This document shows positions 51,556 through 64,000 of a stretch of DNA of 64,000 bases, in pieces. The DNA comes from Heptranchias perlo. Lineage: Eukaryota. The stretch's first letter is position 1. Every line of letters begins with the position of its first letter. The stretch covers positions 23,560,001 to 23,624,000 of the forward strand of contig NC_090345.1 in the NCBI RefSeq assembly GCF_035084215.1, in the 5' to 3' direction. The notes below the pieces were generated by a model. The model saw nothing but the letters and a program-made list of their open reading frames with translations, did not search any database and had not been told where the DNA came from. Both the position numbers and the translations under genes were made by a program.

Positions 51556-54500
51556 CACGCTACGGGGCGGTCGATTTTCTTAATTCATCCCCGAGGAATT
51601 GATGAGTCTATCAGTCCAGTAGATTGGAAACCCATTAACGCTCTATGGTTTACGCGTCTTAGGTTGTTAATTGGAACTTGATGGATTGTGGCCCTTTGAT
51701 AGGCTATGCTGATCTAATCTCGATGACTTCTGTTTTCCAATAAATTACACAATTCATTTTCCAGCCCCGATTACATAAATTGTACACCTCCAGGCTCCCG
51801 TGGAATAGGCAGCCTTTTTGCAGCCCGTTGTGAGATGTCATTTGTACCAGGAACAGCAAGCTTTTGAATGAAAATCGAAACATAATCAACGTTTATACTT
51901 AGAAAATTTATTGATATCATTTTCTTCGGTAATTTCCTTATTTTAAAGTTCGACGCGCCATACATCATAATACACACGTGTAAAGGACTGTGTTTAATAT
52001 TTATCGAAGCTTGATTCGCAGATCAAACTTGTTTATGACTTCATCTGTCACTGCAGGTGGAACCTTTGCAATATTATAGGCGGTCAGGAGGCTATTTTCT
52101 AGCAGCATAAACCTACTAAAGATCAATTTTCATTAGGGACAATGCGCGTCTGACATCCTCTATACTTTTTTGGGGATGGGGGAGGGAGGAGTGAGGATTC
52201 CATTTTCTGTGCTCTTGCAATCTGTGCTTAAAGCATTAACAGACGTGGTACAGTAGCAGTTATTACAGATCAGATTTATTTTAGGTACGTTTCCTCTGGC
52301 CAGATTACAAAAGAAAACACAGGGCGGGAGGGGGGAGCTCAAAAGCTACAGACACAAGCTATGTGATTGAGAATAGCAGAGGTGTTTTAGGGCGAACCCG
52401 TTTTATAATATGTGATGTTAAGCGCTCTCTTTAAGCAGGTGCGCGCATTTAACAGGCTTTTAAATAGTTAAGGTTCACAAAATGTGCCTATTTAATATGT
52501 CAATGCAGATTTCACGCCTTGTCTTTATTACCTCCAAACTCCATTCAAACACAGTGCCCTGCTTAGCTGTCGGCAATATATCACATAGTAAAATGTTTGC
52601 TCCTCTGCACATATGCCTAACGAATCTGGATTTTAGTTGAGTAACTTAAAGAGAAACTTAATTATCAGGAATTATACATGGTGTGAGTACGTCTTTAATA
52701 TAATTTAATACAATACTTTCGCAACTCAATATGAGTAATGCTAATTTTACTTCTAGCACAACATTTTCAGTAAATACATAGAAGGCTTGTTATGATCTGG
52801 AAAAATGGAAATGTGTTTTTTGGTGGTGTATTTTGTTTTAAAAATCACACTATTCGAAAACTCTAAATGGATGAAATTCAACTGCAGTAGAGTGTGATCT
52901 CCCAACGAGTTGTATCATATCTTTGTTTAGTGTCTACATTGGAGACACGTTGGATAATTACGCCCAGTTTGTAACTTTCTGAAGCTGCTACAGTTTCTAT
53001 TTGTAGTTTAAATACTGGCTGCAGCCCCAGAGCCTGACTGTGAGCGGAATGAAGACTGATCATCCAGCGCTGTTTGCAGGGGCGCGCCACGTTAACGAGC
53101 TGACACTATGATTAAAGCTGACCATTTGTAATGTGTCGCGACCCCGTGAAAGCATGAAAAGGTTAATGTGGTAGAACGGAGCAGGACTCTCACACCTGCC
53201 TCCCAGAGCAGGACAAGAGCGCAGCCCCTGTCAATCAATCAATTAACCAGGCCCTTTCCTCAGTCAGCTTTCAGCAGCCAGCACAATAATCAAGTAAACA
53301 AAGTCGAACTCCAATAAGATCGATTCAGCTTTGCCACAGAAAGCTTCAATTTTAGAAGCAGAGTATTAGCAGGGGTGACATTTAATTGGCTAGCACTCGA
53401 TATATGAAGAAGCGATCTTATTAGAGTGGCCTAAAAGAATACAACTGTATTTGAAGGAATGCAAAAAAAAACACTTGCTTTTGGAACAAGGCCCTATATA
53501 TGTCAATCGATCTATTTGTGAATCGAGATGCTTTTTGGAACTGTTAAGATACAGGACAATAAATTCAAGTACAGTCGCTGAAGTCTATAGTTTATCAGTG
53601 AAGCGAATGTCGATGGGATGAATGCGTTGGTGACAAAGTCCTGCCTATCATGAAAATCATATCAGTGAAATTTTAAGTATTTAATAATTACGATACTCCC
53701 AAAAGTTAGTCTCAAGTAATCTTATGTTTACAGGGCACCATTATGTAACCAGGAAATCAATAGGAGGAATACTGTTAATCTTTCGACAACCTACCAACTT
53801 TATGGGGAATCTTGAACTGTCAGTTAAATCAGTAGTGCGATACTTTGGGGAGTTAATGTACCTAGAAAGCTATTTAAAAAACTAATCAGCAAATTTCTAG
53901 CTTTGTGTTTATTAACCAGCTATTACCATCATTTATCAAAATCATGTCGTCCTACAAACTCTGCGCGGTTAATGCGATATTTTAATGGTTCCCTTATCTG
54001 CACATCATGAAATACTCAGACTATGGGATAGGTGAAGCTTTCTTCGATCAACCTAGGATTCAATTAGACAGTCATAAATTAATCCATTTCTTAATGATAC
54101 ATCTACCTCAACTAATCTAGCAGCGGTGTTGGAGATTTTGTCATCGATCAAGGAACTGATTAATTTATTCACTAATCAACTGATGGTCCAATGAGCACTA
54201 AATACATTGTGCGTTACTCACGCTTGTATATATGTTGACAGTAGTTAGAAAACAAATTGTAGACGTTTTCAATGTCTCGGACAACAACTGCGCATATTGC
54301 GCGACTTCGCTGTTTATCAGATCCATTGCAAAGCATCACCAGTAGCATTTATAGTGCAGTGAGAATAAACATAAATTGTGCTTAAGACTGTTCTCACATC
54401 TGGAAGATTAACAAAATTGTATTTGCTGTGCTTAAATACAAATGGTCCTGTATCGTTCTACACTGTATTCATTGATCCATTGTTAATACAATATGCACAC

Positions 54501-56499
54501 ATTGGATGCAACTCTAGAAATATCCAACTTCACTTGATTCTACGTCTGGAACTTTATTTCCACAACCAGACATATCTCCAAAATACTTTAATGGAACCCA
54601 ACTTCCGGAAACCTAATTCCAATTAGTTTGTCTCTATCCCTGATCTCAAGAATATAAAAATGGCTAAAACACTATAACTTCCATGGCGAATTAACGATCG
54701 ATCCAAGCATAAAAGAGGGTTCCTTTAACATAAATTATTCAATTTCGTCTATTCCAATAGGAAAGTCAAGTAACTGTATCTAGGCACTGGTAATCACAGT
54801 CCGATTGAATACTAATGACGAGTTTTAAAATACTGACATCAATTCCGTTTGCTAAGTTGTTTATCTTGTTTCTCCTCCTGTCATATCAATAATTTGTTGA
54901 ATGTCTGCTGCGATCTCGTATTGCATCTTTCCCGGCGTCGCCATGATGCCTGACGCCAAGAAATGTGCACCCAATACTGTACCTGGTGCATGACCCATCT
55001 AACTGCACTTAGCCTTAGTTTTTAATCAGTTTAAAACTACAAAATCAACTGTTAATATGTTCAGTCACATGTTGACATTATACTAGAGCCAAGCCCGCCA
55101 CAAAAGGAATAACTCAAATCTCAGCCTCCAGCATCAGGTACGTCTTGTTTCCAACTGCATTCATAGCACAGATTGGCAACCAAGTTTATCATCACCCCTA
55201 GTCAACATTCAGGCTTTAGTAAAGTTTAGATAACTCAACCAAACTCGACCACCATGGTCGGTTACCAACCAAAAGTAGCACCCTATAACTTTTTTTTTAA
55301 CAATTTACTATATTAAACTTGGTCGTAGTTAAGTAACCAAACGTATTCAGCCTTCGGTTAAAAGAAATATCATCTAGGTGCAAATAGTTCACAGTCGCCC
55401 TTAGCAGCCAAATGTACCTACAGCAACCAGCAACCATCACCATCCAAAATTAATCAAGGTTTGTTACTAGTTTAAGCCTAGCAGTAACCCAAACAAAACT
55501 GCTCACTTTTCGACAGACCAGTAACTAGAGTTAATCCAAAGTACCACTCAGCGTCGATGTCTATATGCAGCCACGGTATATTGATGACCTCAGACACAAT
55601 AACCGAACTCATTCAAAATATTGAATGCCCGCACTTAGCTTTTGTTACTTGCTGAATCTGTTACCAACTTTCACTGCTTGGCTCCAGGTGAGATCATGGT
55701 AACCTCCTCTACAATGATTACAACAAGAAAACTCAACTGCAGTCGAATTTGCATTTTGCAGAAATGAAGGTTCCACAAATTAGTTCCACTATTGAAACAT
55801 AACCCAACATTTCGCTGATATGACTATATCGCCAGACTGCTCCAGTCACAGCCGCCAATCCACACAACTACATTGTAAAAAAAGAGAAAAAGGCCTACAC
55901 CAAACCGGGTCAGATCTGTCACAATTGAATAAAGCATTATTCACAATTTTCATATTTTCTAGATCTCTCAAAAAGACAAAAAATATATAATTTTGCAATG
56001 TAACTTCCATTTGGATAGTGTTCTTTACTCTTAAATTCTACCATAACATTTTATAATTGTGAAAATTCTGAATTATGGCTATCCCCCCATCCCCATATCC
56101 AGGCCGAGAACAGCAACATCACCGCAGAAGAACTGAGGTACATCACCGTTATCAACTTAATCTCTTTTTATAAGTCTGTAACTATTAGCGGCCCCATTCC
56201 TGATTTTCACTAAGCAATGACCAGCATCCACTGAGTCTAGAATCTAGTCAGACGGTCGCACTGTCAAGTGACCTGTACCGCAGCCTATCGTTCATTAAAA
56301 CTTAAAACAACCAAACAAATCAGTGTTCACCACGTGCGTGTACTGGGGCCGCATCTATTGTCACACTGTATTACATCATCTCCCTCCAAAGCAAGAATAT
56401 TTTTTAACATCACAAACATCAACAATCAATCAAATACTTGGGTTAACCTAATCATCCCTCAGCTTGTGTAAAGTTCAAAATTTCCGGGACTGACTGCTG

Positions 56500-56545
56500 T
56501 TTTTGATTGGCTGCAGCAACTCAAACCTACATGCAAATCAGCCAA
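56500..56545 (+). promoter_or_regulatory. Candidate HMX2 proximal promoter elements
   Basis: Inverted CCAAT (GATTGG) and octamer ATGCAAAT (56531-56538), ~190 bp upstream of the ATG. Confidence 0.4.
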
Positions 56546-56723
56546 CGCCACTGACTAGGCAGCAGATCAATACAGGTTTACGGGACGCAGAGAATGCATT
56601 CAGCCCGTGCATGCTCAGGGAAAACGACTGCAGAACAAAGCCACAACAATATACGCCGTCTAACACTTCTGCAAGCGATTGTAAGTAAGTAAGTTTATTT
56701 TCTTTTTTTTTTATGAACACAGA

Positions 56724-58657
56724 ATGAGCAACAAAGACGACATCACAAAGTGTTCTCCAGCCCCGATCTCAAGCTTTACGATACAGTCCATACTTGGGAC
56801 CTCGTCGGAGGAAGAACGCACAGGTTGCAAAGACAATGCAAAAGTAAATGCCAGGAAGCGCTGTTTATCCGACTCCTCGGACGAAGAGTTAACCGAGGAA
56901 GGATACAAAGACCTAGCCTGCTTCTGTACTGACTCTGGCCCCACAGAGCCCTGCCGCAGACACCAGACTATCAGCTACACTTGTGTGAGTAAGTAAAGCA
57001 AAATTCTTTATATTTTATCGTGCACCATTATCCTCAACTCCTTTTTGTGTATAGTTTTCAAAATTATTTTTTATTTGAGCGACACAATGCCCTTGCCCTC
57101 AATATCATGTTTAAATTTAAACACGAGTTCTACTTGTTTTTATTTATATTTATAGTTATATAAATAAATTGTGCCGTAATAGAATATATAAATGTCTCTT
57201 ACACGATTGTCGCTAACGCCCAAGCATATACCAACATTTTCGACCCCTTACAAGTCAACTATGACTCTAATATAAAAACAGAAATTGCTGGAAACACTCA
57301 GCAAGTCAGACAGCATCTGTGGACTATATACTTTGGATGGATTTACGTAGTCGGTTAAGCTGCGTTGTACAAACATAAGGGACACTTCATATTTTAACGC
57401 GGAGAGAAAACACTCGCACGATTGACGTTTGAAACCAGCAATTTAGCATATAAAATAAAACAACCATTTGCTAAATAGAATTCAAGGATTATGACTAAAA
57501 CCCCAGGTACGAGACTACTACAGCACTCCTGTTCCTGCCATCATTTACACCACATTGGTTCTGCGCTATAATGTACTTAGATGATTATTTATTTTAATCA
57601 AATTTAATAACGTAAATTACAATACAAATTAGGGAATATGCTTCCTCTTCATCTTTCACTGAGAGTTTACAAAGCCTGAACAATGGAGTCAAGCAGCGGC
57701 AAGTAGTAAAATTATGACAGTAAATATAGTAAATACAGGTGAGGCGTATTAAGGGTTGTATATTAATGCAGGCTATTTTACAATATTTTAGCGTATGTTG
57801 CTACAGAGTTGGAAAATAGGTTTCCCTGCCACCCAATATTATAAACTTCATCCTTCTTGCTCTCCGTTGACATCTTATAATAGTTTTAATTATATTAAAA
57901 GGGAGTTTCTCATATCAAGTTTTCAAGCAGTGATGCATGTCATGTGTCCCGGCACTCCAGACCAGAAAAAAACATTATCAAAATGAATGTAAACTCTATG
58001 TGTCGTTCCGTTATTCTTGGCGTATAGACACCGCAAGTGAGTCTTCTAATATATAAAGGGAGAGGTGTAGTGGAACGATGAATATATCTGAGAAATGCCT
58101 TATTTTTTTGCTTTTTAGGTAATTCTAAAGGAGTTGGCACAGCTGGGCAGGAAAGCACGGAGAGAAGGCAGCAGTACCTGTCACAAGATGGTCAGGTTTA
58201 CAAGGAAGAAAAAGAGAAAAATTGCATGCAGACATCAACAGACAGACAGAGGGAGGGAGACAGGCAAGGGAATCCGGCCAAGAAGAAGACTCGTACGGTT
58301 TTCTCTCGGAGCCAAGTCTACCAACTAGAATCCACCTTCGACATGAAACGTTACCTGAGCAGTTCGGAAAGAGCTTGCCTCGCAACTAGCCTCCAGCTCA
58401 CAGAGACCCAGGTCAAAACCTGGTTCCAGAACCGCAGGAACAAGTGGAAGCGGCAGCTCTCAGCAGAACTCGAGGCGGCCAACATGGCCCACGCGTCAGC
58501 CCAGACTCTAGTGGGAATGCCTCTAGTTTTCAGAGACAATTCCCTTTTGAGGGTTCCAGTCCCCAGATCAATTGCGTTCCCAGCTCCTTTGTACTACCCA
58601 GGCAGCAACCTTACAGCTCTTCCCCTCTACAATCTCTACAACAAAATCGAATACTGA
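56724..58657 (+). CDS. HMX2: H6 family homeobox 2 (Nkx5-2). Exons 56724-56988 and 58119-58657, 267 aa
   Basis: eh1-like [11 protein letters not shown]; phase-1 intron GTAAGT...CTTTTTAG joins the two ORFs in frame; homeodomain [59 protein letters not shown]; C-terminus [26 protein letters not shown]. Confidence 0.97.
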
Positions 58658-61600
58658 CATTTTCTGCTCCAAGTCTCTTTATAATTGTTTAACAATTAAA
58701 TTGTATATTTATATAATATCCGTATCTGTTTAAAATATATCTTTCTTATATGCAATCACTTGCATAATTATAAAGACAATGTGCTTCTCTATAAATTGTA
58801 TTAAATATACAGTGTATATATGGATTATTTTGCAGTTTCTTATTTGATAAGTCTTACTTATTTCCTACAATTTCAGATGGGTACATTATGCTAAAAATTG
58901 TTCGAATCAAAATAGATATTTCAGCATATAAAAAACACACATGAAGGAAATGAAGTACTGTACTGATTACGATAATGTTTCTTAATGGATTACAGGAAAG
59001 CCACAAAGTATACATCTGATCTGAGCATATTGCTCGACCTTGGTGATAGGAATTCATTTTTGACAGAATTGCAAATAATTTTTGACAAGGGAAATTAATA
59101 GACATCAATGATACGGAAGAAACAATATATATGCTTACTATGCACAATGTTTGATTTTTTTTTACATTGAGGGCTATTTCACTCACGGCACCGAAAGCAA
59201 CACTGACATTCTATGTTTAATAGTGGCGCGTGTTGTAGTTTTTGCAACAAGAAAAGCAGACAGGTGTGTTTGACATGTCTAACGTTATCTAAGTATATTT
59301 TGTTCATAGAGTAAATTAATAAATTGAAAACCTGAAACAGAAAAAAATATAAGCAGAGCGTTGTGTGTAATGTTGCCGGGACGTTATCATACTTCCAAAG
59401 CAATCTGAATGTGTTGCTTTTACCTAAACGTGAAACTCTCTGTGTAAAAGATTATAGTTCGCATGTTCATAAATAGTACTTCTAAATCTTACGATTTGTT
59501 ACATAAGACCCCCAAATAATTAACACACAAACCTTATGGAAAATATTATAATGCAATCAAAACGTACAATAATGGACTTGTCTCAAATATTTTGCTTATT
59601 CTTAAATTTAGTGCCTTTGATATGAGGAATAAATTTAGGTTGGCATTTTTAGAGTAATGCATTGGACAAAGGTAAGATTAATTCTTAGTACTTAATTAAA
59701 ATCTTGGGAACAGTATTTTTTAATTTAAATAATCTCTAAAGGCACCTTTTCGCGTTATTCATCTCAGTTACAAAAATGTTAAAACATTTTTCATTATTCA
59801 CTCCAACAGATTGACAATCTTAAATAATAGAAAAGGGCAAAGTCTGCATTTTTGAACCAACTGTGTAGACTGAGCCCATGGCCAAAATTTACATTTATCA
59901 GAGGTAAGATAGCGTAGTACGCCTCTTAAAATTTAACTTCAAGAGGATATTTTATAACAGTTCACAAAAGGCGCATTTATATATTTTTGATGCGGCAAAT
60001 AAATAAGAATGCGAAAAGCTGGAAGAGTAACATATGTTTTCGTATGTTACTACGGTCATGTGCCACCTACCACTTTACAAAGCGTACATTGACATTTCTA
60101 CTTAGTCTACTAATGTCTACTCCACAGCCATTTTATTTTACTTAAACGTTTCTACAATGAACGATCAATGCTTTCAACTAGTGTTGAAATTAACTGACGA
60201 TTAACATGCCTGATCCTTTAATAATGTGATATTTAGCCCTTATTCTCAGTTTGAAATTCCACATTTTCTGCACGCCCTTCAGTTCAATATCTACCAGCAT
60301 AAACCAAACTGCCACAAATAGTCTATAAAATATTTATTGTCTAAATTAAATGTAACATCTTTTGATCATCTCAGAAGATCAAACTGCAACACAGTAGCTT
60401 TTGACATGAATATCTATTTTTCTAAAACCTTTTGCGAAACTAGAGGGAACTAACAGTTTCTCCTCCTAAATGTTTACCTTCATTATGAAATACCGTATCT
60501 ATTACATAATTCTACTACATTGTACATTAACTGATATAACAACAGAAAATGTTCTAATGTATTTGAAGGGTGCATAGCGATTTTTATAATGTTAATGCTA
60601 TAAATATGTAGTGTGAACTTCCACCCACATGTTGCGTAACGGTGCAGTTCAAGACACCAAGAGCTAATTTGCTTCAATTTGCACCTGAACTTTTAGGTAG
60701 AATATTGGTCCGTATTTGCAAACTTTACTTACGATCTCCGAAAACATTGGGTAATATGGTATGTATCAGGTCTGTTAGAAACAGGTTCAAGGGAGCAGTA
60801 CATGAAGACTTCTATTTTTATTAAATAAATTACGCTTAAATCTAAGTAACATCTACTCATTGGGATAGTTGACAGAGGGAAGTTTATGATATTTTTCCTT
60901 TCCGTTATAAAGTATTACTCACATATAACGTACGTTGTACCTGCATATTTGTGGATTACTAAAAGCTTAAAGTGGGCTCCGCACTTCAATTAGAGAGCGA
61001 ATCTCTAATTAAACGCAATGTATCAATAAATCTTTATAGAACACTTTTAGCATTTGAACCAAAGCGTTTAACTCGCATTGATATTACCCTGGAACGTTGC
61101 ATTTGTGAATAATGCTTTGCGAATATGGTACTGGTGTACTGGGACAAGAAAATCATAATAAACTGAGAACAATTCGAAAATTTTTTCGAAAATCAGTTTG
61201 GAGAAAATCGCATTTTTTTACAGAAATAACAGAAGGCCCTACAAGTACATTTTTTTAAAATATAAAAAAAATCACAAATTGAATTACAGAATAAATGACG
61301 GAGACTAAATCAAAGGATAGCTATTAAATGTTAACAATAGTTATGCAAACACATATGTCTATTTATGAACAGCGTCAATAGGTTAATAGTAACAGTTTGA
61401 ATAACATACATGGATAATAAATGCACATTAACTCATGGTATTGAATGTCCGGAAAGCACTAAGGTAACATTCATTTATTATGTATGTATGTTATATTTTA
61501 ATTACTTTAATACTACCGATACCCTCTATAGATTCTCTATGTATACACGTTACTTAATTGCATTGTCATTAAAATTGTAAGAGTTACTTCCTCCGTGGTC

Positions 61601-61869
61601 GAAAACTGAAACCATAGTAGTTAAATTTAATCTAATGCTTTACAATATTTTAACATTTACGTCAGTATATGTCTACCAATGTTACGCTTTCAAAGTAATC
61701 GAATTGTTCGTGCTCTCTAAAGTTGCAAAACATTACGAAGTTGCATTCTATAAGAAAACCTGTAACAAAATTATTGTTAATTGATCTTCCTTTTACAGGG
61801 CTTTTCTTTTTTTAAAAAAATAACTTGTGTCTGGATGCAACCAATCTCCTTATTTGCAATTTCCCTCTT

Positions 61870-62720
61870 AAATCGGCCACGCTCGTTGAAGTTGGGATCT
61901 TGTAGCTTTAAGGAATCAACCGGTAGAGACGGGCGCGTCACGTGACCAACCCTGGCCCGCTTGGTGGCCCCGGGGGAAGGTAGTCAATGGGGGCTGACGT
62001 GACGTGACGTCACATCCTCGACCCAAACAGACGTGGTGGCGCGCCAAAGCGGTTCTCTTTTGAACAGACCAATCAGAAGAAAGGATTGTGACCGGCGACC
62101 GAAGCGGCAGCGCGCTCTGGAACACTCGGAGCGGAATAGCGTTCGTTTCGATTCAGTTATTATTTCAAAAGAAGGATAAAACAGAAAGGAGGAGGTAGGT
62201 AATGGATAGGAGCGGCGAGGCAAGGCCCGGCCCGCCGGGCGGCGTGTACGTCGGGAAGTTCACTCAGTGAGGAGGGAGGGGGTTTGGATAGCTGGAGGTT
62301 TTCCTTGCTGGTTAACACCGATATGATATCCTTCAGCTCATTCGGTGTCTGCTGTAAGCCGTTAATGTCGCTTTAGTCAGCGGTTATCCGTGGCTCGGGC
62401 GGCCCCCGGTGGGGTGGGGTGGGGTAGGTTGTGTGTAGGCCACAGGCCTGCACAATACGGTAGGATGTGGGGACCAGTTTCAGTGCGAGTCCGGCCGGGC
62501 CGTTTAGACTTACGGGGCGAGTATGCGGAGTTTTATTGAAACTTGAAACAGCCGGGGAGATACGATCCCATGTTACACTTCCGTCAAATAAATGCCTTTT
62601 AATGGAGAAAGAAGTGAACGGGATTGGGTTTAGCTTTGTGATTCAGTCCGAAATTGAACTCCAGCACGCGTATCAATTCGGCATGGCGGCCATTTTATTT
62701 GTGTCGACAACTGTTTAAAT
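61870..62720 (+). promoter_or_regulatory. CpG-island promoter and probable non-coding first exon of the next gene (BUB3 expected by synteny; no coding exon seen)
   Basis: Dense CpG, GTCACGTGAC E-box, TGACGTCA CRE, CCAAT, GGAAGT and YY1-like ATGGCGGCCATTTT motifs; possible donor GTAGGT near 62195. The HMX3-HMX2-BUB3 order is known from other vertebrates. Confidence 0.7.
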
Positions 62721-63012
62721 TCAGTCTCAGTTATTGATTCATTTCTTCAAGCAATAATCTATTCAATAGTTTTATATTGTAATGTTTAAAGTTTCTATGT
62801 GAATCACGTTGCTTTTGCTGGTGATCATACGGCTGATTCTGCTAACAATGATTTGCTAAAGTAGTTTTTTTTCATATATCTAATAAAAGGGAAGCATATA
62901 ACTTGTAAGTGCATTAATATGTCTCTTCTGCCACTGACACCATTTTGTTTGTGGGCAGACAGCATTCTTGCCTGTTTCCCAGGGAATCTGGGACATGCGA
63001 TACCCACGCTAA

Positions 63013-63238
63013 GTCAAAAGTAAAATACTGTGAATGCTGGAAATCTGAAATAAAAAAACAAAAGGCTGGAAATACTCAGCAAGTCAGGCACTATCTGGAG
63101 AAGGAAACAGCGTTAATGTTTCAGGTCGATGATCTTTCATCAGAGAACTACGAAAGGTCATCGACCTGAAATGTTAACTTTCTTTCTCCGCAGATGCTAC
63201 CTGACTTGCTGAGTATTTCCAGCATTTTCTGTTTTTAT
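63013..63238. mobile_element. Palindromic insertion of a second PLE-like terminal repeat with a degenerate hammerhead motif
   Basis: Inverted arms centred on ~63147. The - strand reads CTGATGA A AGATC ATC GACCT GAAA CATT. TSD CCCAC(G/A)CTAA at 63003-63012 and 63239-63248. Confidence 0.75.
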
Positions 63239-63309
63239 CCCACACTAATAATGTCCACTGTGCCATTTTGACCTGGAGACAGGTGGGACCAGATAATGAA
63301 GCAAATTGA

Positions 63310-64000
63310 TTTGACAATAACTTGCATTTCTATAATGTAGAAAAATGTCCCAAAGTGCTTCAGAGGTGCAAAGCAAAAAATGGATACCAAGCTAAAGGAG
63401 GAGCTATTAGAAGAGGTGACCAAAAGATTAGTCAAAGTGGTGGGCTTTAAGGAGGAGAGGAAGTTGGCCTAGGTAGCTAAAGGCATAGCAGTCAATGTGG
63501 GGAGGGAGAAATGCACAAGACACTGCAGTGGGAGAAATGGGGACTTTGGAGGCGTTGTAAGGTTGGAGAAAGTTCCAGAGATGATGAGAGGTGAGGCCAT
63601 GGAGGGATCTAAACACAGGGATGAGGATTTTAAATTTGAGGTGTTGGAGGGAGAGGAGGCTTGAAGACAATGTAGGTCAGCAAGGATAGGCAAGTGGGAC
63701 ATGAAATAGGCATCAAAGTTTTGGATGAGCTGAAGTCTACGGAAGGGGGAAGCAGGCCAGTCAGACCATTGGAACAGGTGATAAAGGGATGAATGATGGT
63801 TTCAACAGCAGATTGGCTGATGTAGGGATGGGTGATTCAAAGGTGGAAGTAGGTGGTCTTTATGATAGAGGATAAGGGCAGGATATTCAGTTCAGTGTTG
63901 AATAAGATAGTGAGGTTTTGAACAAACTGATCCAGCCTGAGACATTGGCTGGGGCGGGGGATGGAATCAGTGGTGAGGGTTTGGAGGGGCTGAAAATGAT
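63310..64000 (-). mobile_element. L2-clade LINE 3' fragment, continues beyond the window
   Basis: PILADLH...LKFKILIPVFRSLHGL...LWNFLQPY, typical of the L2 ORF2 C-terminus; 3' end near AGAAATGCAAGTTATTGT. Confidence 0.75.

Noticed and set aside
56681-56722. GTAAGT repeats plus a poly-T/CAG just before the HMX2 ATG, as a 5' UTR intron
   Set aside because: It would be at most 42 nt, too short for a normal vertebrate intron, and I could not support an upstream partner exon.
56985-56990. Alternative HMX2 donor GTGAGT
   Set aside because: It is phase 0 and would frameshift exon 2; the GTAAGT donor at 56989 keeps the frame.

Overview
Vertebrate genomic DNA. The repeat families and gene sequences suggest a cartilaginous fish such as a shark (inference). 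The first ~36 kb is transposon-dense: three decayed Harbinger/PIF DNA transposons (HARBI1-like transposase on +, spliced Myb/SANT gene on -), two TIR-bounded non-autonomous elements, many 5'-truncated CR1-clade LINEs, a DeuSINE, and Penelope-like (PLE) insertions carrying minimal hammerhead ribozyme motifs. From ~36.5 to ~62.8 kb the sequence is almost repeat-free and visibly richer in CpG. It holds the tandem homeobox genes HMX3 (45655-46650) and HMX2 (56724-58657), candidate conserved enhancers, a 131-N assembly gap and a CpG-island promoter that synteny suggests is BUB3. The main observations are: (i) four hammerhead-bearing PLE insertions of at least two families, with target-site duplications and a shared asymmetric end geometry; (ii) two independent PLE insertions at adjacent positions of the same CR1 ORF2 motif, in the same orientation; (iii) a candidate in-frame upstream coding exon and a stop-free 96-nt intron in HMX3. 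No wholly new system can be established from the sequence alone.
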